Assembly: GCA_047601185.1 (NCBI GenBank) | Contig: JASGJS010000001.1 | Coordinates: 1,636,340 to 1,700,339, forward strand | DNA from: Gammaproteobacteria bacterium | Lineage (GTDB): Bacteria > Pseudomonadota > Gammaproteobacteria > JAURND01 | Reading direction: 5' to 3' | Length of the DNA: 64,000 bases | In this document: positions 39,574 through 47,034 of the stretch, one piece after another | Layout of the letters: each line of letters opens with the position of its first letter | How positions within the stretch are numbered: the first letter of the stretch is position 1 | Made by a program: the position numbers and the translations under genes | The notes under the pieces: model-generated | The model's database searches: none | The model's input: only the letters and a program-made list of their open reading frames with translations | Told to the model about the DNA's origin: nothing

Positions 39574-39640
39574 CCCCTCATCCGCCCTATTCGGGCACCT
39601 TCTCCCGCAAGGGGAGAAGGAAACAGCTCACCACTTCAAA
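39574..39640 (-). repeat. Family-A repeat, copy A15
   Basis: CCCCTCATCCGCCCTATTCGGGCACCTTCTCCCGCAAGGGGAGAAGGAAACAGCTCACCACTTCAA, 10 nt downstream of the stop of the second FadE-like gene. Confidence 0.85.
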
Positions 39641-39649
39641 AACGTTATC

Positions 39650-41752
39650 TTACCAAGTATCAACCCTTAAAGCGGCGCGCTTTAAAAGTGCTAAGTTTTC
39701 ATCGGTTTCTGAGGAATTTTGACTTAACGCCTCTAGCGCCAAATCCATCCGCCCTAATTTATCTTCTGGTTGAGAAGGCGCATAGCAAGGATAGGTTAAC
39801 CGATCACGTAATGCTGAAGATTGCATCATGAGCTTCGCGATACGTTGTTCGAGCGCATCAGAAGGTAGCGCATAATCTGCTCCGAAGGGAAAAATCATCC
39901 GATAGAGCAACCGCCCTAACCAACGCGGCGCAAAGTTTTGGAACAAGGCGGTGAAGGCTCGATCGATTTCATACAGACAATGACTCAGTGCCCATTGCGC
40001 TAATGGTAAGTCTTCTGGTGTGTTTTGATCTTGATGGTATTTTAAAACCGCAGAAGCTAAATAGAGTTGACTTAAAATATCACCTAAACGTGCCGACACA
40101 TTTTCTTTCCATTTTAAATCAGCGCCAACTACTGCCATTACAATATCGACAGTAAATGCCAAAGCCTGACTCATACGCGTCAATTGTTGATAGTATCCTT
40201 TTAATGGAGAAGTTGAGAATTTTTTGACGCTAATGCCACGCCCACCGGTCAGACCATAAAGTAAGGTTTGGCCGGCATTTTTGACAATATAGCCAATATG
40301 CTGCTTCACTAACTGACCAAATTTTTTAACGCGCTCAGTCGGATTTGCAATGGTGAGACTGTCAATTTCTGCTTTGATAAACGGATGGCAGCGAATCGCG
40401 CCTTGTCCAAAAATAATCAAATTTCGCGTTAAAATATTCGCGCCTTCGACGGTAATGCAAATCGGTGCTGCTTGATATAAAGACCATAAATAATTGGACG
40501 GGCCTAATTGGACACCCCGTCCTGCATGAATATCTAAAGCATCTTGCAATAATACGCGCGCCATTTCCGTTAAATGGTATTTGGTGATGGCTGCAGCCAA
40601 AGCGGATTTCTGACCGGTTAATAATCCACTTAAGGTCAGTTGGCGGGTGGCCTCACATAAATACGTTAATCCGCCAATTCGCGCTAAACGCGCAGCAACG
40701 CCTTCAAATTGACCGATAGGTGTATGAAATTGCTCACGTAATGCCGCATAAGCACTGGTCGTTCGAAAACATACTTGGGCGATGGCCGTACTGAGCGCAG
40801 GTAAAGAAACTCCTCGACCTGCTGCCAATCCTTGCATCATCATAAACCAACCTTGGCCGCATTGTGTTGGGCCACCAATAATCAGATCTAATGGAATAAA
40901 AACGTCTTTTCCTGCTGTAGGACCGTTTAAAAAACCCATGCCTGCAGGAGAATGCCGCAAGCCAGTTTCAACATCGGGTAAATGGGTGGGGACTAAACAC
41001 AGCGTAATGCCTAAATCGATTTTCTCGCCTAAAAGATGCTCGGGATCGGTGACGCGCACTGCCAAGCCTAATAAACTGGCAATCGGCGCTAAGGTGATAT
41101 AACGTTTTTCCCAGTTTAACCGTAAGCCCAACACTGACTGACCTTCATATTCGCCATAACACACAATACCGCAATCTTTGATGCTGCCCGCGTCACTGCC
41201 TGCTTGCGTAGAGGTTAAGGCAAATGCGGGAATTTCTATCCCTGTCGCCAATCTCGGCAAATAATAATGTTTTTGTTCAGGAGTGCCATAGTGTTGTAAA
41301 AACTCAGCAGGTCCCAAAGCATTCGGCACCATGATGGAAATTGCAGCACTCATACTGCGGCTGGCAATTCGGCACACGATTTGGGATTGGGCAAATACTG
41401 AAAATCCTTTACCGCCGTAGGTTTGAGCGATACTCATCCCTAAAAAACCGTGCTGCTTGATAAAATCCCACACTTCGGGCGTTAATTCATCCGATTCAGA
41501 AATTTGCTGGCGAGTGAGCAGTTGACAGAGTTGAAGCGTTTCTTGCTCCAGAAAAGCGTGTTCAGCTTCCGTGAGGTGCGGTTGGGGTAATGCGTGCAAG
41601 GTTTCCCAATTCGGTTGACCGGAAAATAAGGCTTTTTCCCAGCCGACATCACCAGCTTCTAAAACAATTTTTTCAGTTTCGCTGATGTGGGGTAAGGATT
41701 TTTGGAAATAAGCGAGTAGTTTGGTGGTCAATGCTGCGCGAAGTTTGAACAT
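39650..41752 (-). CDS. FadE-type large acyl-CoA dehydrogenase, paralog without membrane anchor
   Basis: Collinear with the 26015-28408 product from about its residue 95 onward (ALTSTQAGSDAGS etc.). Start moved to ATG 41752 (GAGGAG Shine-Dalgarno), because the ORF-track N-terminus MSLGARAASPLFNSRGD is encoded by repeat B4. Confidence 0.88.
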   Translation of the reverse strand: MFKLRAALTTKLLAYFQKSLPHISETEKIVLEAGDVGWEKALFSGQPNWETLHALPQPHLTEAEHAFLEQETLQLCQLLTRQQISESDELTPEVWDFIKQHGFLGMSIAQTYGGKGFSVFAQSQIVCRIASRSMSAAISIMVPNALGPAEFLQHYGTPEQKHYYLPRLATGIEIPAFALTSTQAGSDAGSIKDCGIVCYGEYEGQSVLGLRLNWEKRYITLAPIASLLGLAVRVTDPEHLLGEKIDLGITLCLVPTHLPDVETGLRHSPAGMGFLNGPTAGKDVFIPLDLIIGGPTQCGQGWFMMMQGLAAGRGVSLPALSTAIAQVCFRTTSAYAALREQFHTPIGQFEGVAARLARIGGLTYLCEATRQLTLSGLLTGQKSALAAAITKYHLTEMARVLLQDALDIHAGRGVQLGPSNYLWSLYQAAPICITVEGANILTRNLIIFGQGAIRCHPFIKAEIDSLTIANPTERVKKFGQLVKQHIGYIVKNAGQTLLYGLTGGRGISVKKFSTSPLKGYYQQLTRMSQALAFTVDIVMAVVGADLKWKENVSARLGDILSQLYLASAVLKYHQDQNTPEDLPLAQWALSHCLYEIDRAFTALFQNFAPRWLGRLLYRMIFPFGADYALPSDALEQRIAKLMMQSSALRDRLTYPCYAPSQPEDKLGRMDLALEALSQNSSETDENLALLKRAALRVDTW

Positions 41753-41765
41753 ATCTCCTCGTGAA

Positions 41766-42102
41766 TTAAAAAGCGGGCTAGCAGCCCGCGCTCCCAGGCT
41801 CAAGCCTCAACTAAGCTTGGAGCAAGGTTGAGCTTTTTGCCATTAGAAACTTAAAAAAGCAGCGGGCTAGCAGCCCGCGCTCCTAGGCTCGAGCCACAAC
41901 TGAGCTTGGAGCAAGTTTGAGCTTTTTGCCATTAGAAACTTAAAAAAGCAGCGGGCTAGCAGCCCGCGCTCCCAGGTTCGAGCTTCGAATGAGCTTAGAG
42001 TAAGGTTGAGCTTTTTGCCACAAGGGGCTATGAGTATAAAAAGGCACGTCCTTTGGTCAAGGCTCCCAACTTAGGAGCGCGGGCTGCTAGCCCGCTGCTT
42101 TT
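41766..42102. repeat. Family-B composite, copy B4: three direct 89-bp units closed by one inverted arm
   Basis: The GCGGGCTAGCAGCCCGCGCTCC.AGG.TC.AGC core recurs at 41773, 41862 and 41951 (period 89). Each is followed by ..GAGCTTGGAGCAAG.TTGAGCTTTTTGCCATTAGAAACTTAAAAAAGCA. The closing arm GGAGCGCGGGCTGCTAGCCCGCTGCTTTT is at 42074-42102. Confidence 0.9.
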
Positions 42103-43480
42103 AACGAAATCTCAAATGTAAATACCGCGCCACCGCCCGTAGTGCCGTCGCATCCCCGCCCTCAGGCCCTAAAGCGCCAGTCGTGGTATTCCACGCCATA
42201 ATATCAAAATGTGCCCACGGTTGAGTATCCGGTACAAACGCTTTCAAAAAAAGTGCGGCAGTAATTGCGCCACCATACGGTGCACTAGCTGCATTGGATA
42301 AATCCGCGATTTTACTGTCGATTAATTTTTTGTATGGTGAATATAAAGGCAACCGCCACAGCATATCCCGTTCTTTTTCCCCGGCTGCGATTAATTGTTC
42401 GGCTAAATCTTGTTGATCGGTAAATAAAGCTCCCAGATCTGTACCCAATGCAACTCTCGCAGCACCTGTTAGTGAAGCAAAATCTAATATTAGCTCAGGA
42501 TTTTCTGTCACTGCTTCCGCTAAGGCATCGCATAAGACTAAACGTCCTTCTGCATCGGTATTGGTCACCTCTACCGTCAATCCTGCCCGTGTATTTAAAA
42601 TATCCCCTGGACGATAAGCATCACCCGACACTGAATTTTCCACCGCCGGAATCAGCACCCGCAGCTGAATCGGTAAACGCAACGACAGGATAAAATACGC
42701 CAACCCTAACACATGCGCAGCACCCGCCATATCTTTTTTCATTAACGCCATACCCGCAGCATTTTTAAGATTTAATCCCCCTGTATCAAAACAGACGCCC
42801 TTACCCACTAAAGTGACCTTAGGATCATCACTATTGCCCCAACGCAAATCAATTAACTGAGGAGGACGCGCGCTGCCTTTACCCACGGCGTAAATGGCTG
42901 GATAATTTTCTTCTAAAAGTTGCTCTCCTACCGTAAACCTCAAATCAGCGCCAAACTCATGGGCTAATTGATTCGCAACTTCTGCAATATCGGCCGGCCC
43001 CATATCAGAGGCCGGGGTATTAATTAAATTTCGCACCAAATAAATCGCTTTCAGCATCGCCATGAGATAGGGTTCATCCAAACCCTCCGCTGGCAACTTC
43101 AGTTTGGCGCCCGCAGGCTGTTGGGTTTTGTAGCGTGTGAATTGGTAGGTTCCCAACCCCCAAAATAAATAGGCTTGGTAGAGGGCTTCTTCGGTATAAT
43201 CGGCTTGAATATGGTATTCACCGGCGGGTAGCTTGGTCGCGACTTGGCCAAATGCGCTCAGATTCTGGTCTGAACCCATCCCCACGATGACAGATTCTAA
43301 TCCACCTGCTGAATTGCTTAACAATGCGTGCGCGCCCAGTTTAGCTTTAAATCCCAAGGTATTTAACCAGTTTTGAATGGCGTTAGGTTGGGTGTTTTTC
43401 CAGGTGAGGTATTCCGTCTCAGTGAGCGGAATAATGGGTACGGTTGAGGTCGCAGTATGTTCTATAAAACAATTTAGCAT
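42101..43480 (-). CDS. M17 leucyl aminopeptidase family protein
   Basis: VGKGVCFDTGG and NTDAEGRL metal/active-site motifs; 459 aa. Confidence 0.9.
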   Translation of the reverse strand: MLNCFIEHTATSTVPIIPLTETEYLTWKNTQPNAIQNWLNTLGFKAKLGAHALLSNSAGGLESVIVGMGSDQNLSAFGQVATKLPAGEYHIQADYTEEALYQAYLFWGLGTYQFTRYKTQQPAGAKLKLPAEGLDEPYLMAMLKAIYLVRNLINTPASDMGPADIAEVANQLAHEFGADLRFTVGEQLLEENYPAIYAVGKGSARPPQLIDLRWGNSDDPKVTLVGKGVCFDTGGLNLKNAAGMALMKKDMAGAAHVLGLAYFILSLRLPIQLRVLIPAVENSVSGDAYRPGDILNTRAGLTVEVTNTDAEGRLVLCDALAEAVTENPELILDFASLTGAARVALGTDLGALFTDQQDLAEQLIAAGEKERDMLWRLPLYSPYKKLIDSKIADLSNAASAPYGGAITAALFLKAFVPDTQPWAHFDIMAWNTTTGALGPEGGDATALRAVARYLHLRFR

Positions 43481-43544
43481 GTTTTAGTTTTTCCTATTTA
43501 TGGTAAGTTTGTAACCATTCACTACCCAAATCAGATCTGGCACA

Positions 43545-43679
43545 AGCCTTTAGAACCTGATGTGTGCTGGTATTGGATGAGAAGGTCTCTATAAACATGG
43601 ATGTTTATAGGAAGCCTACAGGGAAGTATTTACGGCGTCCTGATCAGCCAATACCAGCACACATCAGGTTCTAAAGGCT
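43545..43679. repeat. Orphan 135-bp element with perfect 32-bp terminal inverted repeats
   Basis: AGCCTTTAGAACCTGATGTGTGCTGGTATTGG (43545-43576) is the exact reverse complement of 43648-43679. An internal 10-bp palindrome CTATAAACAT-GG-ATGTTTATAG is also present. It lies in the divergent M17/proS promoter region. Confidence 0.9.
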
Positions 43680-43698
43680 AGCTATACATGCTGAATAG

Positions 43699-43727
43699 TG
43701 ACAGTTTTTAGATTTTACCGTTATAAT
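43699..43727 (+). promoter_or_regulatory. Putative sigma-70 promoter of proS
   Basis: TGACAG-N17-TATAAT, with the -10 element 33 nt upstream of the proS ATG. Confidence 0.4.
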
Positions 43728-43759
43728 CCTGACAACATCAACTTTAATCCTTCATCATC

Positions 43760-45280
43760 ATGAAAAACAAAACCACTGCTATAACCCCGACTCGCAACGA
43801 AAATTTCCCTGAATGGTATCAAGAGGTGATCAAAGCCGCTGATTTGGCTGAACATGCAGCGATCAGAGGTTGTATGATCATTAAGCCACGTGGCTACGCT
43901 TTATGGGAAGCCATTCAAGCCACTTTAGATCGAATGATCAAAGCCACTGGCCACCAAAACGTGTATTTTCCATTACTCATCCCATTGGAATATTTAGCGC
44001 AGGAAGCCGCGCATGTGGAAGGGTTTGCCAAAGAATGTGCCGTCGTGACCCATTATCGACTAGAAGCCGATGCGCAGGGCCAATTAGTGCCAGCACCTTC
44101 CGCCCAATTAGCCGAACCCTTAATTATTCGCCCCACCAGCGAAACCCTATTCGGCACTGCCATGGCAAAATGGGTGCAGTCTTATCAAGATTTACCCATT
44201 CTCCTGAACCAATGGTGTAACGTCATGCGCTGGGAAATGCGCACACGACTATTTTTACGCACTTCGGAATTCTTATGGCAAGAAGGACACACCGCGCATG
44301 CCACCGCAGCCGAAGCCGAAACCGAAACTGCTCAAATGTTGGATGTGTATGAAACTTTGGTGCGCGATTATTTAGCTATCCCAGTAATTAAAGGGCGAAA
44401 AACCCCTGCTGAGCGTTTCCCAGGGGCTGTGGAAACCTACACTATCGAAGCGATGATGCAAGATGGCAAGGCCTTACAGGCAGGCACCTCCCATTTCCTC
44501 GGTCAAAATTTTTCTAAAGCTTACAACATCACCTTTACGGACCGATCGCAAGCCACAGAACATGCATGGACCACTTCCTGGGGCTTATCGACGCGGATTA
44601 TTGGCGCGTTGATTATGGTGCATAGCGATGATGATGGATTAGTGCTCCCACCACGCATTGCGCCAGAACAGGTTATTTTAATTCCTGTTGCGATGAATGC
44701 AGATGATTTACCCGCTATTCTGGGATATTGCCAAACTTTACAAGTGGTGCTGAGCCATCAACAGTACGCAGGCACATCAATTCGAGTCGTCATTGATAAA
44801 ACTGAAAAACGCGCTGGCGAAAAATTCTGGCAAGCGGTTAAAAAAGGCACGCCCATCCGCATTGAAATTGGTCGGAAAGAAATGGAGAGTAAACAATTTT
44901 CACTATCACGGCGCGACAAGCCTGCCAAAGAAAAGGTGCAATTGACTCACGAACAACTATTAGCGCAAATACCCGGCATATTAGAAGAGATTCAACAAAA
45001 CCTACTGCAACGTGCCTTAGCATTTCGTGAAAAACATACCGTGGTGATCAATACTTTAGAGGAACTCAAAGCGCTATTTTCTGAGGATAATGCTGTCGAT
45101 CAATTTGCTATGGCTTATTTTGACCCCGCCATTGAAAATTCACCCAACGTTGTAGAAGTTTTTAAGGCGTTAAAAATCAGTACACGTTGCATACCGTTAG
45201 AACAATCTAATATTTCAGGCACCTGTATTTTTTCGGGGAAAAGTACGAATCAGCAGGTGATTTTAGCGAGGGCTTATTAG
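43760..45280 (+). CDS. proS: Prolyl-tRNA synthetase, archaeal/eukaryote-like (Thermus-type) architecture
   Basis: 506 aa with no INS editing domain. Near-collinear with my recollection of T. thermophilus ProRS (FPEWY..VI, TGHQN.YFPL.IP, RPTSET, LNQW.NV.RWEMRTR.FLRTSEFLWQEGHTAHAT, GKALQAGTSH.LG.NF, TTSWG.S.R.IGA.IM.H.DD.GLVLPPR.AP). Ends in ..ARAY. Confidence 0.93.
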   Translation: MKNKTTAITPTRNENFPEWYQEVIKAADLAEHAAIRGCMIIKPRGYALWEAIQATLDRMIKATGHQNVYFPLLIPLEYLAQEAAHVEGFAKECAVVTHYRLEADAQGQLVPAPSAQLAEPLIIRPTSETLFGTAMAKWVQSYQDLPILLNQWCNVMRWEMRTRLFLRTSEFLWQEGHTAHATAAEAETETAQMLDVYETLVRDYLAIPVIKGRKTPAERFPGAVETYTIEAMMQDGKALQAGTSHFLGQNFSKAYNITFTDRSQATEHAWTTSWGLSTRIIGALIMVHSDDDGLVLPPRIAPEQVILIPVAMNADDLPAILGYCQTLQVVLSHQQYAGTSIRVVIDKTEKRAGEKFWQAVKKGTPIRIEIGRKEMESKQFSLSRRDKPAKEKVQLTHEQLLAQIPGILEEIQQNLLQRALAFREKHTVVINTLEELKALFSEDNAVDQFAMAYFDPAIENSPNVVEVFKALKISTRCIPLEQSNISGTCIFSGKSTNQQVILARAY

Positions 45281-45925
45281 TGAACATGTCGCTCGAGCCA
45301 TCTCTCTCTCAATGCCGCTCTTTGATTTTAGCGATATAAATAACCTAGCACTGTTCCCCAGGAACACTCCACAGAAAAAAACCTTACGCACTTTTAATCG
45401 CCGTAAATTTAATAAAGGGCGTAAGGTGACAACGGTATGAATGCTCGGAGTATTTTCAATCACCTTTCCTAATGGATGAAGAATATCTAATCCAAAACAC
45501 GTGGCGTTAATAATCGCCACAGTAGCAGGTGCGAGTGGGGTTTCTAAAAAACTCGCTTGAAGAAATTTTAATTGGCGATTGATGAAAAATTCGGGTAAAT
45601 CTTTTTTGACGATTTGTGATACGGCTAGAGCTTGTTGGTGTAAAGATGGCACAATTTCCATACCCCAGGCTTCTTTGATGTCAGTGGTTAAAAAAGCTTG
45701 CAGGACAATTCGGCCGGATGCGGAACCTAAATCGACTAAAATATCTTGCTCGGTTAAATGTAAACTGGTTAAACATTGGGTGATGGCAGGATATAAAATC
45801 GCGCCATTGGTTTCGGATAAGATTTTTTGGCTAGGCGTTGAAGAAATAGTGGGTTGGGTTTGCGCATATAAATAAGCTAAATAACTTTCGCATACATCAT
45901 TGGCTTGATTGGCATTTAGAGACAT
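45263..45925 (-). CDS. DOT1-like class I SAM-dependent (histone-lysine type) methyltransferase; C-terminus apparently frameshifted
   Basis: Start at ATG 45925 (GAGGAG Shine-Dalgarno). Motifs DILVDLGSASGRIVLQAF, WGMEI, VAIINATCFG and VVTLRPLLNLRR parallel the human DOT1L core. A T7 run (A7 on the + strand, 45375-45381) shifts the frame. Skipping one T gives ..KVFSVECSWGTVLGYLYR* ending at 45328, which matches the DOT1L strand SVSWTGKPVSYYLH. Confidence 0.7.
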   Translation of the reverse strand: MSLNANQANDVCESYLAYLYAQTQPTISSTPSQKILSETNGAILYPAITQCLTSLHLTEQDILVDLGSASGRIVLQAFLTTDIKEAWGMEIVPSLHQQALAVSQIVKKDLPEFFINRQLKFLQASFLETPLAPATVAIINATCFGLDILHPLGKVIENTPSIHTVVTLRPLLNLRRLKVRKVFFCGVFLGNSARLFISLKSKSGIEREMARATCSLISPR

Positions 45926-45970
45926 ATTTTCTCCTCGAAAGTGGAGCATGGGCTCAAGCTTGCTCATTTT

Positions 45971-46134
45971 AAAAGCAGCGGGCTAGCAGCCCGCGCTCCC
46001 AGGCTCGAGCCATGATGACAAATATAGCATGATCGATCTTGGTTAGTTTTAAAAAGTTAAGAAAGGCTTGAAGCTGGCAAAAACTCCGTGCCAAAAGTGG
46101 CTCGAGCCTGGGAGCGCGGGCTGCTAGCCCGCTA
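45971..46134. mobile_element. Family-B MITE/REPIN-like element, copy B5 (canonical L-internal-R form)
   Basis: Left arm AAAAGCAGCGGGCTAGCAGCCCGCGCTCCCAGGCTCGAGCC, an ~86-bp internal segment, and right arm GGCTCGAGCCTGGGAGCGCGGGCTGCTAGCCCGCT. Confidence 0.9.
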
Positions 46135-47034
46135 AAAAACAGTTGCTCCCAAACAGAGCATCATCTCTACAGCAAACACCGCTTGTAATACAATCAATTC
46201 TAAACTCGACAACCGCATTAATAACGGCGGATTTAATAAAGCGCCGAATATCCAACACACGCCGAAAAAAAACCACAAAGAGGTAACGGCGCACCAGCCA
46301 TAATATCGCCCGATCCATATAATTCCCATGCTAATCACTAAACTCAAAATAACAGTCAACATTAGATGAGAAAGCAGCATGATAATAGTTAATCCTGCCA
46401 ACGCAATAAAACAAGCCCCTAAAACCCGCTTATCCTTGTTATTAAGACCTTGGCTTTGCGGAAAATAGGCATCCCAAGCCACGGGCGCGAAGGCAAAAAT
46501 TAAGATGCCGATGAGTTGCGCAAGCCACAGTTGCAATCCATTAAAATGCGTGATGTAAGTTAAACCTAAGCTGCTCAACGCAGTCACAATCATCACCAGT
46601 AGAATAAAAATAACAAAGGGTTTTTTGGAAGAAAATAGTAAAGTCGGTGAAATATACCGATAACTGATGGCTAATAATAAATAGGCTTGGAGGGCAAAAA
46701 TACTCGCGAATAAAATGGCTGACCCTGGCGCTGCATAAATAAAATAATATGCACAAAAACTGCCTAACCACAAAGCCGGTAATATTCTAACGCCTCGCAA
46801 AAATATCATTACTGCAGCGCTGCCACTTGCCAGCCAGAGTGGGAAGACCGGCATGAGCATAAAACTGAGGATGATTCCGCCATACTGCATGGCAAATATC
46901 ATCAGACTTTCCATCCAAAAGCGCTTTAAATGCAAACTTTTGTAGGCTAGCTGAAGCTGGTTGCTGGCCGGTAATGGATAGGCGCCCGTTAGGTTAGGCG
47001 CCGCCTTTTGCCAAGCCTGCAGCCATTTATCCAT
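46132..47034 (-). CDS. Polytopic inner-membrane protein, possibly a stand-alone MASE1-like domain
   Basis: About 8 TM helices. FPLWLASGSAAVMIFLRGVRILPALWLGSF resembles the MASE1 N-terminal signature (low certainty). The start overlaps the bamD stop by 8 nt. The stop codon is the edge of repeat B5. Confidence 0.6.
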   Translation of the reverse strand: MDKWLQAWQKAAPNLTGAYPLPASNQLQLAYKSLHLKRFWMESLMIFAMQYGGIILSFMLMPVFPLWLASGSAAVMIFLRGVRILPALWLGSFCAYYFIYAAPGSAILFASIFALQAYLLLAISYRYISPTLLFSSKKPFVIFILLVMIVTALSSLGLTYITHFNGLQLWLAQLIGILIFAFAPVAWDAYFPQSQGLNNKDKRVLGACFIALAGLTIIMLLSHLMLTVILSLVISMGIIWIGRYYGWCAVTSLWFFFGVCWIFGALLNPPLLMRLSSLELIVLQAVFAVEMMLCLGATVF

